A DNA stretch of 64,000 nt, taken from the NCBI GenBank assembly GCA_041907345.1, contig JAYRHL010000007.1, positions 31,933 through 95,932 of the forward strand, read 5' to 3'. Below are positions 1-7,867 of this stretch, piece after piece (position 1 is the first letter of the stretch; the number at the start of each line of letters is the position of its first letter). Below the pieces are notes generated by a model. It was not told the origin of the DNA. It worked only from the letters and a program-made list of their open reading frames with translations, and did not search any database. The translations under genes were made by a program, and so were the position numbers. Source of the DNA: Candidatus Saccharimonadaceae bacterium (GTDB taxonomy: Bacteria > Patescibacteriota > Saccharimonadia > Saccharimonadales > Saccharimonadaceae).

Positions 1-404
1 ACTTAAAGTTGCGTATCCCTGCCGGTAAAGCTACCGCAGGACCTCCAGTTGGTTCAACCCTCGGTCAATGGGGTTTGAACATGATGGATTTCATCAACCC
101 ATTTAACGACGCAACCAAAGGCGACATGGGCAAAGACGTCATCGTTCACATCAAAGTGTACGAAGATCGTACTTTTGACTGGAAAAGCCTTGGTCAACCT
201 GTTGACGACGCAATCCGCGCCGCAATCGGTATCCAAAAAGGAAGCGCCAAACCACACGCTGACAAAGTCGGCAAAATCACTCGTGCTCAACTAGCCGAAA
301 TCGCTGAAGCGAAAAAAGACATGTTGAACGCAATCGACGAAGAAGGTCGTATCAAGACTCTCGCCGGAACTGCACGCAGCATGGGCGTCGAAGTCGTCGA
401 CTAG
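1..404 (+). CDS. rplK: 50S ribosomal protein L11 (N-terminus cut by window start)
   Basis: ORF 9..404 is open to the window edge. PAGKATAGPPVGSTLGQWGLNMMDF matches the L11 N-terminal PAG.A.P.PP.G..LG motif. Confidence 0.9.
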   Translation, partial: LKLRIPAGKATAGPPVGSTLGQWGLNMMDFINPFNDATKGDMGKDVIVHIKVYEDRTFDWKSLGQPVDDAIRAAIGIQKGSAKPHADKVGKITRAQLAEIAEAKKDMLNAIDEEGRIKTLAGTARSMGVEVVD

Positions 405-433
405 CATTGCAAATTTTACAGAAATGTTATAAA

Positions 434-460
434 ATACTCCTCAATACGAGGAGTATTTTT
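434..460 (+). terminator. Hairpin plus T-run after rplK; its 3' arm carries the SD of the next ORF
   Basis: ATACTCCTC (434-442) pairs with GAGGAGTAT (448-456), followed by TTTT and then ATG at 461. Confidence 0.5.
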
Positions 461-1024
461 ATGTCGTCTCAATCAGAAAAAGACATCTTTGAATACCTAG
501 AATCGACCATGCAAGACGTCGATCTCCCAACGCTGCCTACCGAGGATTTGGAGCATCGCATTGTTAACGCCGTTGATCCGATTATTGGCGCCAAAGCGAT
601 TCAGCTCTATGCGGAATCACAGTCACCTGACGCCCAGGACAAAATCATTCGTCAGTATAATGAAATCCTGAATTATACATTCATGGCAGACTACATGAAC
701 CGTAAAGTGAACGTATTGGTTAATCAAGAGTTCGAAGAACCCGACACCAATCGCCTTGCTGATATGTTTGAATTCATCGCCGAACTACGCCGCGTCGGTG
801 AAGTACAAGCTGGCGGCAAAATGAGTTTTTTTGAACGCCATGTCTACACAGACCCGGTAACAAATATTGCTCGACCTATTTTGTCGCTGCGTCTCCACAG
901 CGCCGCATACAAAATCGAAGACGGCGACGGCGGACGCATTAACGGCATCGGCAATTATGCAACCATTCCAGTCACATACATCAGTGACTATCGTATCCAA
1001 GAACGAACACGGGCCGAGGATTAA
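461..1024 (+). CDS. Hypothetical protein (tandem family member 1)
   Basis: ATG at residue 19 of ORF 407..1024, preceded by GAGGAG. No recognisable domain. Confidence 0.6.
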   Translation: MSSQSEKDIFEYLESTMQDVDLPTLPTEDLEHRIVNAVDPIIGAKAIQLYAESQSPDAQDKIIRQYNEILNYTFMADYMNRKVNVLVNQEFEEPDTNRLADMFEFIAELRRVGEVQAGGKMSFFERHVYTDPVTNIARPILSLRLHSAAYKIEDGDGGRINGIGNYATIPVTYISDYRIQERTRAED

Positions 1025-1027
1025 CCT

Positions 1028-1567
1028 ATGAAATCTGTCGTTGAGAATATCGTTGAACTAAGTGACGACCCAATCCAAAGTGCCACGTTTATTCAAAAAT
1101 ACATCAACAATCTACCCGCTGAAGACAAATCTATTGCCGCACAGTATTGCTTTGCAGCATTGGCCGGTAGATTCTACCATCAAATTGATTCGCAGTGGTT
1201 CTATGTAGAGTCAGACGGGGGTCGAGCCGTGCCAGATAAGGATAAAAAGCAGCCAGAAATTCCCGAACAACGATTCGAGGGTAAAGTACGTGTCATCGGC
1301 CATTTGGCAACATTTGCTTATCTGACGCATAACGAAGAGACGAGTATTACGCTACGACTTTGCCACCCTCGACTCTATGATACTTATCTACTAGACAGCC
1401 AGGACGGTAATCTAGCATCGGAGATTACCGACAATAAACATATGCCCGCATTTAAACTGTCAGAATTCTTCGCAGTACCCATCCTTGATGTAAAACGCTA
1501 TCATACCCTCACGTCTGATGAGGCATTGAATCCTCCGGCCAATCTAGGATATTATAATAAGACATAG
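1028..1567 (+). CDS. Hypothetical protein (tandem family member 2)
   Basis: GAGGA SD lies upstream. RVIGHLATF...ITLRLCHPRL resembles RLIGQIGHY...ILSLQLFEPR of the next ORF. Confidence 0.6.
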   Translation: MKSVVENIVELSDDPIQSATFIQKYINNLPAEDKSIAAQYCFAALAGRFYHQIDSQWFYVESDGGRAVPDKDKKQPEIPEQRFEGKVRVIGHLATFAYLTHNEETSITLRLCHPRLYDTYLLDSQDGNLASEITDNKHMPAFKLSEFFAVPILDVKRYHTLTSDEALNPPANLGYYNKT

Positions 1568-1579
1568 AAAGGAGCAACG

Positions 1580-2068
1580 ATGGCCAAAAGCTACGATCCG
1601 TTCGAAGTCTGGGAATCAGAACAGTCTATTGCTGACGACGGTCTGGTCGCCGTCCAACGCTCACTTCACCTCGCACAGGAACTGCAATTTCATCTGGCCA
1701 GTCAGCCATTAGAACTCCGTAAAGACCTCGGTATGGAGGCATTGCGGCTACTCATGCGCAACCACAACGATCTGAAACATCAACAATATGCCGTTCACGT
1801 GCAACACGCCTATCTACGTGTCAAACCAAATCAATCGCGGTCATACAATCACATGCGCAAATACGGTGAAATGCGACTTATCGGTCAGATAGGGCATTAC
1901 ACACTGCAGGAATTCAACGAAGTCGAATACATCCTGTCATTGCAACTGTTCGAACCGCGACAATTATCTGTTAGTAGCGAACAAGACAGGATAGCGGCTC
2001 GTTTATCCGAACCGCTGACTCTGCCTGTTGCCGGTATTATCGATACCCCGGTGTTATACGCCCACTAA
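1580..2068 (+). CDS. Hypothetical protein (tandem family member 3)
   Basis: AAAGGAG SD lies upstream. Motifs are shared with ORF 1028..1567. Confidence 0.6.
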   Translation: MAKSYDPFEVWESEQSIADDGLVAVQRSLHLAQELQFHLASQPLELRKDLGMEALRLLMRNHNDLKHQQYAVHVQHAYLRVKPNQSRSYNHMRKYGEMRLIGQIGHYTLQEFNEVEYILSLQLFEPRQLSVSSEQDRIAARLSEPLTLPVAGIIDTPVLYAH

Positions 2069-3723
2069 AAATGTTCGCGAATGTGTGAATAGCTGTAGTC
2101 CCACGTCGCGTTGGCTTTTTTGTGTGGGTTGAAAATATGCTGTGGGTCAAAGATGTTTTTCGTCTCACGGAATAGGTGAACAACCTCTTTGCCATACATT
2201 TGTTCCAACCAAGGTCCACGAACCAATCCGTCGTTGTGCTCACCAGATAGCGAACCGCCATATTTTAGGACAAGATTGTTGACTTCTTTCATCGCCGGCA
2301 ATAGTTTTTTGCGGTCACGTTCGTCTTCGAGTTTCATGAGAGGAATGATATGGAAATTACCATCACCCATGTGGCCAGCAATCGTTGCAAACAATTTGTA
2401 TTTTTTGATGATGTGACGGATCTTTGGCAAGAATTCAGCCAAATGTTCTGGATTCACAATCAGGTCATCAATGAACGGTGCTGTATGCTTGTCTTTGACT
2501 TTGCTACGAAGTAATTGGAAACTACGACGACGCATAATCCAGAATTTTTCGCTCTTTGCTTCGGTCGGCGTCTCTTCAAACCCGTTGATTTCATAACGAC
2601 CCTTCAAATGGCCCAGTTCTTTATGTAGGGCTCGGACTTTGTCGCGGACTTCTTGTTCGGTGTCACCATTGAACTCAACCATGAGGACGAGTTTTGGAAT
2701 ACCGCGCAGCAATTGTAGTCCGTCAGGGATCAGACTAAATAGCAGATGGATGAATTTCACTGGACCAAGCATCTTGAGAAAACTTGGCATAAATTTGATG
2801 CTCAACCACAATGTTTTGTCGTCAAAACTTTCGAATGTCGCCGGTTTATGCTCGAGTACCTTAGGAATCAGTTCACCAAGCGCATCAATGTCGTGCATGA
2901 ACAGTACTAGTAGACCAGAGTGTGCGCGGCGAGGAACAAGTTTCAGTGTTGCTTCGGTCACGAATCCCAACGTACCCTGTGCGCCGATAATGACCTGCGT
3001 CAGGTCAAATATACCTGTTTCGCGGTCCCATACGTTCCACAGGTGATAGCCCGTCGAATCTTTACTGACTTTTGGCTCGGCGGCTTTGATGACATCGTAA
3101 TGCTTTTCAACCAGCTGGAACATTTCACGGTATACTTTACCTTCGAAATCTTTTTGGGCCATTTTTTCATCCAGCTGTTTTTTGTTGAGCGGTTTCACGA
3201 CTCGTTCAACACCGTCAGCGAACACGAATTTCATTTCGGGTACGTATTTGTTCGTTTTACCGAATTCGAGGGATTTTTCACCGCCAGAGTTGTTGTTGAC
3301 CATACCGCCAACACTACAGAGATCACGACTAGCAGGGTAGGAAGGTAGTAGCAAATCACCAGTATGCTGATCAAAATCGCGGAAAAAGATTCCTGGCTGC
3401 GTCGTTGCTTTGTCGCCAGACAATTTAATGAATTTGTTGAGATGGCGATTGAAATCGACGATGATCGAATCGTTAATTGCGGCACCCGACATGTCGGTTC
3501 CGGCACTACGCGCTGTTAATGACAAATGTGCGTCGTGCGCTTTGCGTTCTGCAACAATTTGCACTGCCGCAGCGACATCATCAGCTGTTTTCGGGGCGAT
3601 AACCAGTTTTGGTTTGAGTTCGAACATACTGGCATCGTGTGAGTAAAACTCTAACGTCTCTGGTGCGTCTTCGATATCACCAGAAAATTTTCGCTTTTCA
3701 AGAGCTTGTTTGATTTCTTCCAT
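2065..3723 (-). CDS. FAD-linked oxidase (GlcD / D-lactate dehydrogenase-like)
   Basis: 552 aa. N-terminal FAD_binding_4-like RSAGTDMSGAAI and C-terminal GGSLSGEHNDGLVR, typical of the FAD-oxidase C domain. Confidence 0.8.
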   Translation of the reverse strand: MEEIKQALEKRKFSGDIEDAPETLEFYSHDASMFELKPKLVIAPKTADDVAAAVQIVAERKAHDAHLSLTARSAGTDMSGAAINDSIIVDFNRHLNKFIKLSGDKATTQPGIFFRDFDQHTGDLLLPSYPASRDLCSVGGMVNNNSGGEKSLEFGKTNKYVPEMKFVFADGVERVVKPLNKKQLDEKMAQKDFEGKVYREMFQLVEKHYDVIKAAEPKVSKDSTGYHLWNVWDRETGIFDLTQVIIGAQGTLGFVTEATLKLVPRRAHSGLLVLFMHDIDALGELIPKVLEHKPATFESFDDKTLWLSIKFMPSFLKMLGPVKFIHLLFSLIPDGLQLLRGIPKLVLMVEFNGDTEQEVRDKVRALHKELGHLKGRYEINGFEETPTEAKSEKFWIMRRRSFQLLRSKVKDKHTAPFIDDLIVNPEHLAEFLPKIRHIIKKYKLFATIAGHMGDGNFHIIPLMKLEDERDRKKLLPAMKEVNNLVLKYGGSLSGEHNDGLVRGPWLEQMYGKEVVHLFRETKNIFDPQHIFNPHKKANATWDYSYSHIREHF

Positions 3724-3790
3724 TGTAGGCCTACCTTGTTACTTGTTTGTTACTAAAGAGCTTATCCTAATAGTAACAGATGGCCGCTAT

Positions 3791-3819
3791 TTAAAATACC
3801 CCCATTTTCAGGGGGTATT
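3791..3819 (-). terminator. Intrinsic terminator
   Basis: AATACCCCC/GGGGGTATT 9-bp stem, with a T-run on the minus strand. Confidence 0.55.
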
Positions 3820-3835
3820 GTGGGGGTTGGTTGCG

Positions 3836-4051
3836 CTAATCGCGCCGACTCGACCGATCTTTCGGCTGATGTTCAGGGAGTGCGTATTCGCGGTCCCATT
3901 CTTCAGGAGTCATTCTGACATAGGTGCTACCGGTTATATCCTGCAGTACGCCGTCACCATGCACCATGACCTGACCATCTGGCATCTGTTGCCGAGGTCT
4001 GTGTGCATGAACAACAACGCGCTGAGGACGTGAGGTGGATTCATCTGCCAT
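3836..4051 (-). CDS. Small hypothetical protein (71 aa)
   Basis: TAAGGAA SD lies 8 nt upstream of the ATG. GC-rich mini-gene. Confidence 0.4.
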   Translation of the reverse strand: MADESTSRPQRVVVHAHRPRQQMPDGQVMVHGDGVLQDITGSTYVRMTPEEWDREYALPEHQPKDRSSRRD

Positions 4052-4088
4052 GATGGCAATTCCTTACGTCAATGTGACGGAGGTAGTG

Positions 4089-4118
4089 GCCCCCGCGCAT
4101 CCGAAGATGCGCGGGGGC
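4089..4118 (-). terminator. 13-bp GC hairpin without U-tract
   Basis: GCCCCCGCGCATC cgaa GATGCGCGGGGGC, directly downstream of ORF 4174..4497. Confidence 0.5.
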
Positions 4119-4173
4119 GCCGCCCTGTCACGTCTATTTTACCACTGTTACGACAAAATAGGTCGCACGATCA

Positions 4174-4497
4174 CTATTCAGCAACCCTGAACCCAAAATC
4201 GCTCGTATACGAACGAATCGGTTCAGTACTCGGCTGCGGACTGAACGCATCCATTGCTTCATCCAGACGCTTGATTGCGTCTTCGGATTCATCATGCAAT
4301 GCATCACTCGTCGTCAGTTGACACAGCATTCCCCAGGCAGTTGCCTCGAGTTTGCTCATATCCAACTCGCAACGGCGAAGAGCACGGACTTCGTCTGCGC
4401 TCAGTTCAACACCGTTCAACAATCCTTTGATGTTGGTGATCTGCGCAGAAATGACCGCACAGGCCTCGATAATAGGAGACTGCTCCTGATTCGACAT
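4174..4497 (-). CDS. Small hypothetical protein (107 aa)
   Basis: Internal ATG (residue 12 of ORF 4174..4530), preceded by GAGAGGAT with 5-nt spacing. Confidence 0.5.
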   Translation of the reverse strand: MSNQEQSPIIEACAVISAQITNIKGLLNGVELSADEVRALRRCELDMSKLEATAWGMLCQLTTSDALHDESEDAIKRLDEAMDAFSPQPSTEPIRSYTSDFGFRVAE

Positions 4498-4567
4498 CGG
4501 ATATCCTCTCGTTGTTCCGTCTATCAGCACATAAAAGTACGTTCTGGATTACCCAAAAACTCGCTAA

Positions 4568-4596
4568 ATTATAGCATATTTATATAATTTGGTCAA
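4568..4596 (-). promoter_or_regulatory. Sigma-70 type promoter TTGACC-N17-TATAAT with TGn
   Basis: The minus strand reads TTGACCaaattatataaataTGCTATAAT. Confidence 0.55.
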
Positions 4597-4690
4597 CAAA
4601 GGAAAACCGCCCTAAGGCGGTTTGATGATGATAGTGGAAGTGTTGGGTCCGCCCCGGCGCGCGGGCATAACACGCGCGCCGGGGGGCTGT

Positions 4691-4918
4691 CTACTGGAGG
4701 TCCAGAAGCCTCTGGTATTCATCGTCCGGCATCAAGTCGGAGATGTCCCGAGTAGGTTCTAGAACCATTGCATACTTTTCGACCTGACGATCGATGGACT
4801 GATTGACGATCCTGCCCGGAAACACCGGAGCAACCGGAGCGTTCGGAGCCAGCAACTGCTGAAGCAGTTGCAACCGCCGTTCTTCGGTCCGTTGTTTGAA
4901 CCGCTGTAGGAAACGCAT
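4691..4918 (-). CDS. Small hypothetical protein (75 aa)
   Basis: ATG at residue 10 of ORF 4691..4945 (MRFLQRF...). A GC-rich hairpin follows downstream at about 4650-4688. Confidence 0.45.
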   Translation of the reverse strand: MRFLQRFKQRTEERRLQLLQQLLAPNAPVAPVFPGRIVNQSIDRQVEKYAMVLEPTRDISDLMPDDEYQRLLDLQ

Positions 4919-4925
4919 AGCGCTG

Positions 4926-5027
4926 CTACTCCTCCTCTTCATCACCGGAATAGGTTATGTCGTTGAGTTTGTCGACCCAGGGAAATTCCTGGTTGTCGTT
5001 CATCGAGGGAATGCGGGTTTGAGACAT
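4926..5027 (-). CDS. Possible 33-aa acidic-tailed peptide (MSQTRIPSMNDNQEFPWVDKLNDITYSGDEEEE)
   Basis: GAGAGGA SD lies 5 nt upstream of the ATG at 5027. It is the first ORF after the promoter at 5089-5117. Not in the ORF track (<60 aa). Confidence 0.25.
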   Translation of the reverse strand: MSQTRIPSMNDNQEFPWVDKLNDITYSGDEEEE

Positions 5028-5088
5028 CGTTGTCCTCTCACTTCCACTGTCAAATTTCGATTTCGTTCAAAACGACGAAACTGAATGC

Positions 5089-5117
5089 ATTATAGCATAA
5101 TCGCGTTAAAAAGTCAA
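5089..5117 (-). promoter_or_regulatory. Promoter TTGACT-N17-TATAAT with TGn
   Basis: The minus strand reads TTGACTttttaacgcgattaTGCTATAAT. Confidence 0.55.
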
Positions 5118-5135
5118 TCAGTGGAATAGTGCCAA

Positions 5136-5167
5136 AGAAAAACCGCCCCTTTTTACAGGGGCGGTTT
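5136..5167 (-). terminator. Intrinsic terminator of the MFS gene
   Basis: ACCGCCCCT/AGGGGCGGT 9-bp stem, with a T-run on the minus strand. Confidence 0.6.
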
Positions 5168-5197
5168 GACTTGTAGAACAGAGATGGACTGCAACAA

Positions 5198-6760
5198 CTA
5201 CATCCCAGGCATCCCACCATAATCATTGATGTTGGATCGAATCGGATTTTCTTGCAGCCGCCACAATATTCCAAATGCCACCACAACCAAGGGAATGATG
5301 TATATGAATATTGGGGTCAGAGCATAATTATACGATTCGATTACTGCACTGCGGACTCCAGGAGGCAACGCCGCCACCATATCAGGTGTTAATGATCCAC
5401 GACCGCCAGCACCAACCGGCATGCCGGGCAAACGTTGCGTCAGCTGATGCTGTAGATTGGCCACAAACAGCGCGCCAATTGCAGCTGCACCGAACGTCAT
5501 ACCCATTTGTTGGAAGTAGCGGTTACCGGCTGTTGCAACAGCAAACTCATCACCCTGGTATTCATTACGGATGACCAACATCAGAATCTGCATACTCAGA
5601 CCCATTCCCAGGCCCAACAGACCGACGTACACCATAATGACACCGACAGATGTCGCTGGAGTCATTGTATTCATCAACCCCAGGCTAATTGCAATAACCA
5701 CCATGCCAGTGAGCGGTGCCCATTTGTAGCGTTTCGTGCGTCGTTCGATAACCATGACGAACATACCGGTTATGAACATACCGAATACCATTGGCATCAG
5801 GAACAGTCCCGATTTGGTCGCACTGGCACCAGACACCATTTGTAGGTATGTCGGCAGATACGCAAGCGCCCCCATCATAACCACGCCAAATACCGTCAAC
5901 GCTGCTGTCGTTACAACAAAGTTGCGATTGCGGAATAGTGACCACGGAATGATTGGTTGGGCGGCATCACGTTCGACAAACGCGAATGTCACACCGCACA
6001 GCACTGCTCCGACGAGCAGCAGCACAATCACCGGTGAGGTCCATGCGTACTGTGTACCGCCCCATGATGTCGCCAAAACAATAGCAACAGATGCCAGGCT
6101 GAGAAGTACGATACCGGCGTAGTCAATCTTTGGCTTTTCCAGGCGATCAGAAATTTTTGGCACCAATTTTAATGCCGCAAAGAGCGCTAGACCGCCAACC
6201 GGCACATTCAGCCAAAACACCAGCCGCCAATCAATGGACGTAAAAAATCCACCGATAAACGGACCGACGATGAACGACCCACCAAAAATGATGGCGAAAT
6301 ATGGCGTCACTCTTTTGAGCTGATCCAAATCCGGAAGCATCTTGGCCAAGATTGTCTGAGCGAGAACCATCAGTCCGCCGCCGCCGAATCCTTGAATGGC
6401 ACGACCGACGATCAATGCAGTCATCGTATGTGCAGAAATACACACAGCCGATCCGGCGATAAACACCAGGATCGATACAACAAACAACTGCTTATGACCG
6501 AACAGATCGCCCATTTTGCCACTGATTGGCAGCACAACGGTTGCAGCCAGCGCATACGCCGTGGTCACCCACAACATGTGCTCGACACCGTTCAGCTCAC
6601 CGACAATTGTCGGCAGGGCAGCACCCAGAACCGATTGGTCCAATGCACCTAGAAACATACCGACGAACAGACCGACAATAGCCCATTTGATCTTTTTGGG
6701 GATTGGTACCCAGTTGGCCGCTTTTGGCTTTTTAGGCTTTCTAGCGATTTTGAACGCCAT
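5198..6760 (-). CDS. MFS transporter, DHA2 (EmrB/QacA-like, 14-TMS type)
   Basis: LDQSVLGAALPTI, GKMGDLFGHK and RAIQGFGGGG motifs. About 14 hydrophobic spans. ATG at residue 14 of the ORF has an upstream SD. Confidence 0.85.
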   Translation of the reverse strand: MAFKIARKPKKPKAANWVPIPKKIKWAIVGLFVGMFLGALDQSVLGAALPTIVGELNGVEHMLWVTTAYALAATVVLPISGKMGDLFGHKQLFVVSILVFIAGSAVCISAHTMTALIVGRAIQGFGGGGLMVLAQTILAKMLPDLDQLKRVTPYFAIIFGGSFIVGPFIGGFFTSIDWRLVFWLNVPVGGLALFAALKLVPKISDRLEKPKIDYAGIVLLSLASVAIVLATSWGGTQYAWTSPVIVLLLVGAVLCGVTFAFVERDAAQPIIPWSLFRNRNFVVTTAALTVFGVVMMGALAYLPTYLQMVSGASATKSGLFLMPMVFGMFITGMFVMVIERRTKRYKWAPLTGMVVIAISLGLMNTMTPATSVGVIMVYVGLLGLGMGLSMQILMLVIRNEYQGDEFAVATAGNRYFQQMGMTFGAAAIGALFVANLQHQLTQRLPGMPVGAGGRGSLTPDMVAALPPGVRSAVIESYNYALTPIFIYIIPLVVVAFGILWRLQENPIRSNINDYGGMPGM

Positions 6761-6915
6761 TTTGTAGCCTCTCTCTCGATTCCACTTGTCAAAAAACATC
6801 GTTGTCTCGACGTGTGGAATATCCTCCCATTGTCAGACGACAAAGATGTGAATAGTGTACTGGATAGTGAACATTTGCGCAAAATAAAAACCCTTCTGAC
6901 GAAGGGTTGGGGGGC

Positions 6916-6947
6916 GGCCCCCGGCATACGGTGTAATGCCGGGGGCC
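6916..6947 (-). terminator. 12-bp GC hairpin
   Basis: GGCCCCCGGCAT/ATGCCGGGGGCC, downstream of ORF 6966..7211. Confidence 0.5.
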
Positions 6948-6965
6948 ACAACAAATGGTGGAGAA

Positions 6966-7211
6966 CTAGGAGATGTCAGCCAACTTACGCTGCGTTTTGC
7001 GCTCTTCGTAAATCAGCTCCAGCATGGACGCCAAGGTGGCAGATGCAGCCTTGAGGCGATTAACATCGTGCAATGAACCGGTGACGAATGATCGTTCAGG
7101 TATATTGTTCATCAGCTTTCTGAACTCACTCAGCCAATGATCGGTATCCGACCGAGGAGTGAACTGACGCAGAGCACTTGGTTCATCATGATGGGTATCC
7201 TGTGATCCCAT
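6966..7211 (-). CDS. Small hypothetical protein (81 aa)
   Basis: ATG at residue 73 of ORF 6966..7427, preceded by GGAAGGA. The longer ORF would run through the promoter at 7281-7309. Confidence 0.45.
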   Translation of the reverse strand: MGSQDTHHDEPSALRQFTPRSDTDHWLSEFRKLMNNIPERSFVTGSLHDVNRLKAASATLASMLELIYEERKTQRKLADIS

Positions 7212-7280
7212 AGGGTTCCTTCCAATTGTCATTCTAGTCGGTAGGGCTAGGCGATTCGTCACTGTTGACGTTTCATACAA

Positions 7281-7309
7281 ATTATAGCATAAATGACTGA
7301 TATAGTCAA
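7281..7309 (-). promoter_or_regulatory. Promoter TTGACT-N17-TATAAT with TGn
   Basis: The minus strand reads TTGACTatatcagtcatttaTGCTATAAT. Confidence 0.55.
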
Positions 7310-7395
7310 TGAGCCTGTGTGAAAATAAAAACACCCCACTGGGGGGGTGTTGGGCGGACCAGGGCTGCATAGGCAACCCCGGTCCGCCTGGTAGA

Positions 7396-7689
7396 TCAGA
7401 CAGAGACGGATTCCAGAAGGTTTTCACCTGCGAGAACCAGTTCGATCTGCTTGATGGTCAACGGACCATGCTCTTCGAACGTCGCGGCCATTTCCGGCTC
7501 GGCACCGTCGAAGTAGGTGTAGTGCTGATCCTCGTCGTTGTTCCTGTACAGAACCACATCGCCGCGGATCACCATGTTGCCTTCGTCAATGCCGTTGGCT
7601 CTGAGCGTTGCGATTGTGTTCTCCGGTCGGCCCTGCGGTTCGACGTAGGTTCCGGTCAGGATCTGCTTGATCATCGTGGTGACCTTCAT
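7396..7689 (-). CDS. Small hypothetical protein (97 aa)
   Basis: ORF with its own promoter and two downstream GC hairpins (about 7327-7390). Confidence 0.5.
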   Translation of the reverse strand: MKVTTMIKQILTGTYVEPQGRPENTIATLRANGIDEGNMVIRGDVVLYRNNDEDQHYTYFDGAEPEMAATFEEHGPLTIKQIELVLAGENLLESVSV

Positions 7690-7734
7690 GACATCTCCGT
7701 TTCTGAGGTACGTTCACAAATGTGAATTAGCTAC

Positions 7735-7763
7735 ATTTTAGCATAAACTCAATGTATTGTCAA
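7735..7763 (-). promoter_or_regulatory. Promoter TTGACA-N17-TAAAAT with TGn
   Basis: The minus strand reads TTGACAatacattgagtttaTGCTAAAAT. Confidence 0.55.
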
Positions 7764-7867
7764 CTATATCATAGACAAATCGCCCCTGTTGTGATAGCAT
7801 AGAAACACAATAAATCAATGTTGGGAGGCGATAATCGCCGTTTGCACCACAGAAAGGGTTAACACCT

